DNA of 64,000 bases from Podarcis pityusensis (lineage: Eukaryota). The stretch lies in NCBI GenBank assembly GCA_964106645.2, contig OZ067045.1. The stretch is one strand, 5' to 3'. Below are positions 47,301 through 59,300 of the stretch, piece after piece; the first letter of the stretch is position 1; every line of letters starts with the position of its first letter. Under the pieces are notes generated by a model. The model made no database searches, was not told the DNA's origin, and worked only from the letters and a program-made list of their open reading frames with translations. Both the position numbers and the translations under genes were made by a program.

Positions 47301-50300
47301 AATATCCCCTGTGACTTTTTAAAAATAAAAAAAATATGTTTTATAGATGTAATATAAACCTGCTTTTTTCTCTGTTCTACGCATGCTTCCTAATACCTCC
47401 TAAAAGGGGCAGCATGCATTCCTTCCAGCCATTCTCTGTATGGAACCGAATTGGTTGCTAACTGTGAGGCTACCAATTTTCTTCCCTTCCTTCCAGATCT
47501 GCTTGGAAGGGAGGCGTGATCTGCCCTTGGGAGTAGCAGGAGCCTTTGTACTTCCTTGGAATTGGAGTAATATATTGACATCCCACTGTTCAAGACTATG
47601 CACATGGCGCTTCCAAGTGGCCTGCACATCCGTGCACTGACAAGACGCAAACCTGTGTGGCTTTTGCAAAGTGGCTACATCACATGCCCCCGGGACCAAA
47701 TCAATAAGCACAAGCTATTATTAGTAACAAAACAAATCACAGAAGGGGATTTGCAGCATGCAGGGCAACACCAGGAGCAGGGAGGAAATAAGTTACATCC
47801 TCTTGGTTATGTGTGCATCTTTCATAATGGGATGGAATGTCAATATGTTGCTTTCCTTCTTCCGAAAGCCAAAGAGAATAATTTTTTTCAGCAACATGCA
47901 GCCACACAGATCCATGAGACGGTACTCAGTCAACAGCAGTTGCTTTAGTTGCCACAGATTTTTAAGGGTTTGTTCTTAAGCATACAAAATGGAATGGTGG
48001 AAGCAAAATGGAAAAAAGTATTCAATCTACAGACAAAGGATGGGAGCAGTTGCTGGAAAATAGCTGCCAGCATTACTGGAATAGAGAATGACTTTGCTTT
48101 CATTCAGCTGGCAGCTTAGGAAAGCAAGCAAAGGAGCAATATTTTAGTGATTTATGGGAGATAAACTTTGTCTCTTTGCAAGGTGAAAGCTGTATATATG
48201 GGAAGTGTTTGTTGAGGTGAAATGATGAACCAAGGAGCCTGTTGCATTGTGATTTTCTGTGTGCTGTTTTTATATGGACTCAATATAGGCAGCTAAGTAT
48301 TGAGAAGAAGTCATTCAGCAAATGCCATTGACAATAGGGAAACCAAATGGTACAAGTTGCTCTGAGGTTATTTATGTTGAAGGGCGGTATAGGAATTCAT
48401 TGAGTGAATGAATGAAACCATGTTCCTGCCTGATCTTAACTTCTGTCTCCTTTTACCTTTAGCACTGAGAGAATCCAGGTGACCCTGAACCTCGATGGAA
48501 TTGTCCAAGTATTGGACTGTCACCTTCACGATTCAACCATTGGGATGATGACACGGATAGCAGTCCTGAAGTGGCTGTATCACTTGTACATCAAGACGCC
48601 TCGCAAGGCAAGTCTGCTCATTGATTAGAGTTAGAGTTTCTTTTCCTCCTGACTCTTCCTTGAAGAGCAGCTAAGATGCTATTCTTAAAGCTTTGGAAAG
48701 CAAGCTTGCCTCTTAAGAATATAGTGGTACCTTGGTTCTCAAACTGAATCTGTTCCAGAAGTCTGTTCCAAAACCAAAGCGTTCCAAAACCGAGGCATGC
48801 TTTCCCATAGAAAGTAATGCAAAATGGATTAATCTGTTCCAGACTTTTAAAAACAACCCCTAAAACAGTAATTTAACATGAATTTTTTTATCTAATGAGA
48901 CCATTGATCCTTAAGAGGAAAGCAATAATCAATGTACTGTACAATAAAATAAAATAAATAAGACAGTATTGTAGATGATAAAAATTAAAATTAAATTCTT
49001 TTCGTACCTGCACTGATGATAGTCATTGTTTGGATGGGGGCTTTTATCCATTTCTGCAGTCATACAATCAATCCATCTTAAAACGAAGAACAAGCCACTG
49101 TCACAAAAACGAAAAAGCCACACAAACAAAAACGCAAAAAATAGCAAAAACAAAAGCACCAAAAATAAGCTCCAAATATCACCTTGGAACACTGCAATCG
49201 GAAATGGAAGGCTTTGATTACAATGGGGGGGGGGGTGCAAATTAGCAGTGCAACAGTGAAAATGGAAGCTCAGGACCACATTCGGCTACTAAAGCAAAGT
49301 TCGCAAACCGGAACACTGGCTTCTGGGTTTGCAGCGTTCAAGTTCCAAGTTGTTTGGGGACTAAGCTGTTCGAAAACTGAGGTACCACTGTACAGCATTG
49401 CACTCAGGATACATGTGCTTTTTCAACCCAGAAGGAACTAATTTTTTTTATTAAGTGAGGCACAGTTGTTGAGTCAGAGAAATTTGGGAGCCATGCTTCA
49501 GTGTGAACACACAGGCTTCCCGAGAGGAGATCACAGCTGCTTTTCTCTCCCTCCAGTGCTGCTGCGCTGCCCTGACCTAAGCTGTGGTTTGGCATGGAAA
49601 GTGCTCTGAACCTGGGACCTGTCTCACTGCAGACAAACCATGAGCTGTAAATCAAGAAAAGCCTTGGCTGCATGGTTTGTCTCCTCTCTGCGTGTTCATG
49701 TTAAAACACAGTTTTGCTGAGTGTTACGTGCAAACTAGTTCAATATATCAAAAAGCAATAGAATACTTTTCAAAGGAAGAAGCCCTTCCTCTAGTTGGTG
49801 ACTCTGGCCTGAGCTGCAGAGTTTGTTTGGTAAGCTTGCGGGAAAGGAGGGCATCTTTCCAGCACAAGGACTGGGATGCTCTTAAACCTGGAGGCAGCCT
49901 TTGCTGTTGTGGTGGCAGCCTCCGGCAGAGCACCAGACATGGTGACTTCTGTGACTGTTTTGGATTTCTTTTGCCTTTCAGATGTTCCGGCATACAGACA
50001 GCCTGTTTCCCATCTTGTTAAAGACATTATCTGATGAGTCTGACGAGGTGAGCATAAATCCTGCACTGGAAACATTTACCTCCATTTATTTTATTTGTGT
50101 TTTTTAAAACAACAACAACCTGTGTACTGAGAAAGTAAAAGTGGCTAGTAGGCTACTCAGACCACAGGTGAAAAGTTCATCAAATTCATTGTCTCCTCAG
50201 CACTGATGCTCTTGGGCAGCTCTATTTAGCGGGTTAGGTTGTAAACAGAGTGAAGCACTATCAAACCACCCACATGTTAAGAGGGGATTGAAAGAAGTGG

Positions 50301-53300
50301 CTTTCAGAGTTTCCCTTCCTCAGCCACAGATTCTCAGCGTGGAACTTCAGATGGTGCTTCCCTTGGAGGTCATGGCAGTTTGAGCTGTTGAATAATGGAA
50401 GCAATTGTACTAGTCGCATTTGCCTGGAAGCTGAGAGGCTGCTGGCTCTGGTGAAGCTTCTAATTTGATTCTGCCTCATGACTCGGAGGGGATGGTTCTC
50501 AGGAATGTCCTCCTGCGATCTCCTAGAATAAAAATCCATGGCAAGTTCAGCTTCACTTTCACAAGAAGGAAGCTGCCTGCTGAAGTATTCCCGCTTGGTG
50601 GATCTTGCGCCAGGACGAGACCCTTTCTATCATCTGGCTTTGACTTCTCTGCTACTTTCTTTGTTGCAAAGAGGCTGAGATATTGTTGGGATACTGAAGA
50701 TATATGAAGCTGGATACACTTCGCAGCAGAGGCCCTGCACGCAGGTCCTTAGTAAGCAATCATTGTGGTCCAGGGCATCCTTTGTTAGAAGTTAGTGCCA
50801 TGTGTCCTTGTCCACAATTTGGGAAGTACATGCATCTTGGAGTCACATACCATGATGCAAATTACACTGAAAGGAATGAGCAACTAGATAGCAGATCAAA
50901 GTTTGGAAATACGCTGTTTATTACAAATAGAGGCCATGATTATTTACATAGTATTTGGTTTGGACTGGCAGCCTGGAAGTTAAATCTAGGACACAGTACA
51001 GATGTGAGGGATCTAATAGCAAATATAGACAGTAAAGATTTGCTGGAGCCAGGTAGACAGGTGTGGAGTTGAATTGCATTCGAGGGGAAAGAAGGATGCA
51101 AACACATATCTCTGCAAAGCAGCATCAGTACCTGTGTGAGAGAAAAGCTCAGATATAACCTATTCCCAGATGGGGAGTGATTCTTCTTCGGCTGGGTGGG
51201 TGGGTTGCAGTTAATCAGGAGTTTGTCTTGGCACTTGGACCCCTGGAGTTACTTAAGCTGCCTGGACCTCTGCCTCTTCATTGATAATATGTATTGCTGC
51301 CAGCAAACAACCAGAGAAAAGGTAGTTTGGGAGAGTGGTGGTAGGCTGAGCCCCTGAAGGTTTTCTTGAGCTCTGTATTGCATCTGTATCGCTTTGAAAG
51401 ATGTCTGTGTGTTTTGTGCCTCTCCTGGAGCCCTCCCTAAGCAGATTTAAAAAGACAGGAGGGAGGAAAGGCAAGTAGAAAGGGGGGCAACGCTAACAAG
51501 GAGTGGAACAACTGAGGTTGCCCAAAAGCCAGCCTTGAGCAGACAAAGCTGGAATGGGCTTGAATTGAATTGAATTGAATGGGCTTGAATAGACCACTAA
51601 CATTTAGAAGCAGAATTTTTTTTCTGGCTACTCAAGGAAGGGTTTCCCCCTGCAACAAAGGGGAGCTGGAGTACTAGTTGGATCTGAGCTTTCCCACTGG
51701 GCGTATTGAGAGCCAAAATGCATGATGCGCAAGAAGGGGTTCCAGCTGCATACTTTGCATGGAGGTGCATGTTTTGCATGGAGGATCCTAACCTCAATGG
51801 ATGCTAATGGGTGTTCAGGTACCTAGGATGTGTTTGTCAGGGGATTGCATTGTCTTGGGCATGGGTTGTTCTCCAATAGTAAACCAGATCAAGTTGTACC
51901 TTGGGTGGATTGATCAGATTAGAGGTTGGGCAGAAAATAAGGCACTACGATGCTTGACTGGCAAGAGTCCCACCTGTTGATTGATTGATTGATTGATTAA
52001 TGCAAGGGCACACTGTGTCTTGCTTGCCCAGCAAGCCAGAGATTTCAGAGTCAAGATACCTGGGAGCATCCTTGAGACCACTGTGAGGCTGAGCTCCTTA
52101 CCCACAATGTGGGATCCCATGGGAACAGCGAGCCTGGTGCCACTGGGTGAGTGAAAGGAAGGAAGGAAGGAAGGAAGGAAGGAAGGAAGGAAGGAGAGGT
52201 GCTTGTTTGGGGGGGCGCTCACTGAGACGTTTGGCAGGGAAGAGACTGGCATTTGCTCAGGGTACTGAGACATCCATGTGGTTGTCCTGAAACTATTTAG
52301 GTGGTGGGGAGACAAATCGCCAATGCTTCTGAAGATCTTCATGCTCTCCCCCACATTCCTGTGTCCCCCTCTGCTGCAGGGCTTTCCTGAGGGAGGGGCT
52401 TTCCTGCACTCCCCTTCCTCGCTCCGTTATCGCCCAGAGCTGCAAGCCCTCTTGCCCCAGCCTTTCCTGCGGAATGGACTTTTTCACACTGAGTCCCATG
52501 GGGCTTTTCTCCATGTGATGCAGATCCCAAGTACAATGAAGCTTAACAAAAGCTTGTGCCAAAGTGAATGGCTGCCTTTATCCGTTTATGCTTTTATTTG
52601 TGCTTGGTTGGATTTCGGCCCGCAGTTCCCCCGGTTTCCCAGCTCCCAGCTCCCAGCTTGCCAAGGCTGAAATTTGGGACTTTGGTGTGTTACAAAGAAC
52701 AAGGAGGGTGAGCTTGACGTGACCTCGGATGTGCTTCCTTCTCCTTGTTTTCACTGTAGTCCTGGAGTCACTGTTTCATTTGCAGGCCAGCGGATTTGCA
52801 GGCGAATGTGGCAGCCTCCAGGGACAATGTGGGTGTGGGAGAGCACTTTTAGGGACTGGGCAGCCCAGGGGTGAGGCAGGCAACTTATTCAGATGTGTGA
52901 GCTGGTGCCATGGGAGAGGCAAGCTCCTCTGCCACCCCTCCTTTTAGTTTGTGTACACTCTAGACTCAGGGAAAACATTCGGGTAGTCAGAGGTTATGAA
53001 TTGGACTTTAGAAAATATTGAATGAATAAAAGGTGCACGTTGGGTCATCAAAATTCCTAACCTCTCCTATGTGGTCTGAACTGGAGGGGACTAATCGGGA
53101 AGATCTTGGGGTTGTGGTGGATGGCTCATTGAGAATGGTGTTGGCGCATCTGGGCATATCCCATTTTGTTTCAGTGGGGCTTGCATGGGATAAATTCCCC
53201 AGTGGATTGTGGCTTCTAATGATGGCTGCTGCTGCTTTGGGGCCTTGCCAGCATTTGTGTTAAGCCACAATAGCTTAAATAAGTGTGGGGAGAAGGGAGG

Positions 53301-56300
53301 GACTTTCCTGCTTTCGGGCAATGTCAGTTCCAGATTGAACAGAAGCCGGATGGGGACTGTGAAATTTTCTGGTTCAGAGACCAAGGGGCAAAGTTCACCA
53401 TCCCTTTCCCCCACGGAAAAGGGGGCTAGTTAAGTTGTCACTGGAAGATTGATTGGTTTCTCTTGGAAATGGGGAAGAGGGCTCAAGCTTAGTCTTCACA
53501 TTGCACTCTTTTTTTGGGTGGGGGTCTGCCAAATAGGGGAGATCTTGTTCTTGACCGGGTTTCTTCTTTCTCTGATGGTTGTACAAAAAGAAAATTAAGT
53601 AGAGGAGCCCTTTGAGGCGACAGAGAGAGAGAGAGAGCTTGCTGCCTGCCCTTGCAGAAGGGGAGTTGCGTTCAGGGCCCAGGCCCCCTTCCTATGAGAT
53701 GGATGGGGCCCCTTCAGCCCTCCCACCTCCCAGTGGGGCTGAGCGGCTTGGGGTCTTAGATTTCTCTACAGTTGGGAGCATCAAGTGTTCTGTCAGGCAC
53801 TGGCCACTAGGGGGCCTCAGAGTCTGCAGCAGCCTCTTCATTTTCTGTTGCCTGGTCCCCTGCCATTCAGAAACCTGTGCGGAAGAGCTTCTGGTAGCAC
53901 GGTACTATTTGCACTTGGCAGGTTGTGTTCCACTGGTTCATCCATCAGCCCAGGGGCAGTTGATCTGAACATTGAGCTGGAGGACATTCTTCGGTCTGTG
54001 TTTGTCACCTAGATGCCCAGGTGACTTCTGTGGCCAGGATGGCCTCGCCACAATGGCCCATGCATTGCTAACCTCGGGACTTGATCGCTGTAACACACAT
54101 TGTGTGGGGCTGCCTTGTAGCTGCTCTGGAAGCTGCAACTAGTGCAGAATAATAATAATAATTTTATTATTTCTACTCGCCCATCCGGCTGGGTTGCCCA
54201 GAATGAGGCGGCAAAGCTGCTCACAGGAGCAGATTTACTGGCAGCCTGTTACTTGGCCCTGAGAGAGAGCGGCACTGGTTGCCAATTCAGGGTTCTTGTG
54301 TTAGTCGTAAACAACCTGGACCAAAAGTAACTCAAGGACTTGCCTGGTCTGTTTCTCTCCACCTCCATCACTGAGATCCTGTAATGGGGTGTTTCTGGTG
54401 GGCTTGGCTGGCTTGTGGAACTCACTGCCAATAGAGGGCTCGGCAAAAACAATCCCTGCCCTCTTGTAGTCGTCTTCGGAAAACTGTGTTATTTAGACAG
54501 GCTTTTGAAACTTGAATTCTTTTTTCTTTTTTTCGCTAGCCAGTATTTATTGATTCTGTTGATGTTTCTGTTGATTTTATTGCCATATTTTTGTGTGCCT
54601 ATAAATACTTAAACAAATAGACATGCTAGTAGTTGGGGAACTGAGCCACGTGGCATCGGATTGGGGCAGCAGCACCACCTTTTCCTATTCTTTCTGGAGG
54701 AGGATCTGGAGCTTCCCCCACTGGCTTTTCTGTGGTTGGGGCTAACTCACAAGTTGCATCATCACCCTGCCTATCCCAAGTATAAGGAGGCCTCTATCCT
54801 TTGAGATCCTGCTCTCTGCGGATGGTAGGAAGTGAGGGGGAAGCAGCAGCAGCAGCAGCAGCAGCAGCTCCTTTTTCGTGAAGGGAAGATGCTTCTCAGT
54901 TGCTGTCGAATGTGTCACGTCTGCCTGTGCGCTGGAGGTCTGCCAGAGGCCAGCTTCATTTCCTTTAGCTCCAGTTATCTTTGCCAGCTCTGCTCCCTTG
55001 ACCGTGCGCCTCTTCAGAAGGCAGCAGAGAGGCGAGGGAAGCAAGGCAGAGAGCTCAGGGTGACTCCTTTGGTAACCAGAAACCTGCCCACCAGTGGTGG
55101 TGGTGGGACGAGTGGATGGGATGTGACAGCAGTGTCAGGCAGATGTTTCTGCTCAGGATGCTGACTTTTGGACTTGTATGTGTGTGTGAGAGAGAGAAAG
55201 AGCCCTTTGTTAGTAAGCAGCAGAGGATAGCTTTGCACAAAAGTAGGTTGCAAGAGGATGCAAGAGCACCAATGAATAGTGCTAAATAATTTCTGTGTGT
55301 AGATTCTGTGTGAAATGGTGTTCCTGGGATCTCAGGAGGCTAATATCAAGCCGTGAGGTTCTCTTTTCGATGTTGTGGCAAAGTTATCTCCTGAATAATG
55401 GCATTCCCTCCCCCTGCATAAGCTATGTGCACTTACTGCAAAGCTGTCTTCATTTTATGGAAAGAGGTGACCCATTTACGCAATGCTCGTAATGCACCTG
55501 TATCGTGTAGCTCTGATGCTAGGGGTGCGGAAGGACCAGGGCAGGCACAGGGTGCTGAAGCCCTGGAGGCTACGGGAATTCTGGCTCAAAGCCCAGACCC
55601 AGCATTGCCCCCTTTCGCAGCAGTGGGTATGAGAGATTTTCAGGGAGCCGATTCCAACACGCAGCACCAGTTCCTGCACTGGTGATCCTGAGACAGATAC
55701 GTCATTCCCCACAGACCACTTTCCAGCCATGGTGTCATTTTGTGTTCCCATCCTTAAAGAGGCAGCAGGATGCACTCCCAAGGTGCTGAGGCCTGGCACT
55801 CCTGAGTATTCGAGTCTTGGGAGGAGGAGTGTGTGTTGTGTGCTTTCATGCACTGCCTCTTCAGCAAGACTGGGGCAGCTTGCACATGAGCCAGTGGAGC
55901 GAACATCAGATTGGTTCAATTGGAACATGAGGCACATTAACTTGACCTAGATCTGGTTAGCAGAGGAAGTCTCGTAGACATGCATTGGGGGAAGGCAGTA
56001 GCAGCAGCAGCAGCAGCAGGATTTTCATTACTAGAAAACGCCTCCTTGAAATGCTTTTGCTCTCCACTCAGCAAAGCTAGTGTCATGTGGAAGGCTGAGC
56101 TGTGTTTTTTCCATTTTCCGTCACTCTCAGCCATTCCGCAGTGGTAGTAAACATATTAGATGCAAAATCCCCAAACCTCCTTGCAGTGCTGTTTCCTAAT
56201 CGTTGTGGTTATGGACAAATACATGAAAACATGTCAAAAAAGCTCAGCTTTATACTGTGATACACATGCATTCATTGCCATTCCCAATAAGGCTGTTCCT

Positions 56301-59300
56301 CCTTCCATCCTCCCCCTTTGGCGTGTCTCTGCTCTCATCTTTTCCATAAGGCACATCTGACCAGATCCAGCATCTGAGAAGAAATAGAAACAGATTTCCA
56401 GATTACGTAGAACTTGGGCAAAAGCTGCAGCGACCTGTGCTAACCAGATTAATATTTGCCCGGATGCATGCTATTATTTTTCCCCACCTTCGGAGAATAG
56501 GAGCATCTCTCACTGCCGGCTTTATCTAGGGCTTTTCTTTCTTTGAGCCTAAATCCTAAAAAAGTAATCTCACCTTCCCATTTTTAAAAATAATCTCTGC
56601 CAGCTGATCTGGTGGCTCTTAATGCTGGGGGCGGGTGGCTGTGCTTCTGGGCTGCACCCCTTCCCCCACCAGGAAGCCCCCCCCCATGCTCTGCCTTGTC
56701 CGTGGGGGAGGGGAAGGGCCTCTGTGGCCTCAGCCCTTTCATGTCCAATAATGGGAGCTTAAAGAGCTGCTGCCTCGGCTGCTTCTGCTTCTGCTGCTCT
56801 CAGATGATGGGACCCAGCTGATGCGCCTTTCTGGCACCTGGCCTGTTGCCGTGGCAACGTTAGGCATTTGTGTTCCTGCAGGATATTGCTTTTCTTACAC
56901 CCTTCCAGTTTCATTCTTTCGCTCGCACAAAAGAGAGGGAGAGAGAGAGAGAGAAGCTGCCTGCTGGAGGCTTGCTTAGTGGAAAGATGCCTCGCGCATG
57001 CAAAACACTCTCCCTCCCTCTCCCCGCCATCCTGGTTGAGCTCCTCTTGGTGGGATGCACCATTTCAGTTCATTCAAAGGCAGCCTTGCATGTGGAAACC
57101 GCCAGGCTGAATAGGGTCCAGGGGGGTCCAGCTAACTTCACAAGGCAAAGCAGTTCACATCAAAAATGGATATGTGCAAACTCGTTTGCTCGTTCCTCTT
57201 CCAGGGCAGCAGTGGCCAAGATGTGGTGCTTTCTCCTGACAGCCTCCTGGTGCCACAGCTGCTTGCTGCTCAATGCCATTCGCAGGTGGTTCCACGTTGT
57301 CTATATAGGTTCAGCACTAGGGTGTGATGGGACACCAGCCATTGCTGAGGAGAGGTAGTAGCGGGAGGCCTCTTGCCTTCATGTAGGTGCTGGGCCTTGG
57401 CCAGAGCAGAAAACTTCACGCTGCTCCTGTGGAGCCTTCCTTGCTTGCTTGCAGAGAGTGCTCAAAGTTCACGATCAGGGGCTACCATATACCAAACGCT
57501 CTTCCTCTTCCAAGGCCAGGCTGTGCAGCAGAATAACTGAGCCTCACTTGTCCCAACCCAGGGGAAGGATCAGGTGAGGAGACCCTGGGCAAGAAGCAGA
57601 GCTCACCCACTGAGGTCACCTTCACACCATACATTTAAAGCACTGCAAATAGTCAGTGACTTCCCCCAAGTAATTCTGGGAACTGCCGTTGGCTATGGGT
57701 GCAGAGAGTTGCGGAGAGTTATTCCTCTCACAGAGCTACCATGTCCCAAGTTCCCTTTGAAGAGGGATTGACTGTTAAACCACTCGGAGGATTTTATAGC
57801 TCTAACGACTCTCAGCACCTTTAACAAACTGCAACTCCCAGAGTTCTTTGGGGGAAGTAATGACTGTTCAGAGTGGTATTAAAGTGCTTCAAATGTGTGG
57901 TGTGATTAGGGAAGGTGGGTTAGAGTGGACACATTGCAAAAGTGAGAGGCCTATACTGAGTCACCAGAATAAAACCATGTGTGCTGCCTCTGTTTTGGCA
58001 GTGGAGCACAATGCCTTCCTGGGCTCCTGCGGGCAGATTGTGCTACCAGTGCAGTGGTGGTGATGCCACGGCTGTGAAGCAAGTTAGTGATACTTGTGGC
58101 AGCTTGACAGGTGGTTGGGCGACATGCTAAAACATGCAACATGGCACAATACAGGACAGATGGCAAGCTTGGTGCTGTACACATGCCTGGTTTGGTGCTT
58201 TGTTTTTTTTCCCCCTTTAGTGGACCTTGGGCAGGGGCTGAAGCTGGTGAAAGGTCCCAGGCCCAGCCTCTGGCACTTGGGGACATCTTTGCCCAAGACC
58301 GTGAAAATCCTGTTGCCAGTCTGAGCAGACAACACTGTGGGCCTAATGCTTCATGTGTCAGGCAGCATCATAGTAGGGGCAAGGGCAGTCTTCCCAGCCC
58401 TCCAGAGGTTTCTTCTACAACTCCCATCAGCCCCAGCCAGCACAGCCATGAGGCTAATAGGAGTTGTAGTCCAAAACACCTGGAGGACACCCAAGTTGGC
58501 AGAGGCTGGGTTAGGACTGAGGAGATCCAGATTCAAATTCTCAGTCAGCCATGAAACTGGCCTTGGGGGTCAGTCACTATAGCTCTCGGGCCAGCCTACT
58601 GCTCAGGGTGGTTGTGAAGATAAAATTAGTGGTGAGAACTATGGAGGCTACCCTGAGCTCCTTGGAGGAAAAATGGAGGGGTAATAAATATATTTCCTTT
58701 TTCTTTCTTCATTTTTGCAAGCTCACCTTACCTGATCCCATTGACTGGGGGTGTTGGCTTGACAGGTAATCATCTCTTGGAAAAGCATCCCTGGTGAGAT
58801 GCATGAAAACAGGTCCTTATCCTCCCGAAAGCCTCAGTTCCTGCTGACAATGGCAACAGTGACTTGCCATGCCCACGACAACCTCTAAAATGCCTATGCA
58901 GAGGACCCTCTGCACTGAGTCCTCATCATGGAGCCAGTGAAGAAATTTCCCTTTGGATGTTTGAATTTGCTCTTACTTCAGAACTAGATTTGCTGGGATG
59001 TCCTGCTTATGCTCTGAGTGACATCCCTACACCACCTTCCCTTGCCCAAGGCACTTAAGAGGAAAGTGAGACCTTCCATCATTGCGTCGCAAGTTTCCCC
59101 ACCATCATAAATGGTGGCCGGTAAGGGACATTTGTGTGTGTGTGTGGATAGACATGCAGCATGGAAGTATTATACTGCACAGTTTGGATATCTAGAAATT
59201 ATGGGATGCAGGGCAGGAGATGTGGGAGCTGCACCATCAAGCTTGTCCATATTCTTTCAAGTGCAGGGATGGAAGTGAGTTCATAAGTCTCATAGAAATC

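Noticed and set aside
54832-55164. PolyQ-containing ORF
   Set aside because: Intronic CAG microsatellite with no splice or homology support
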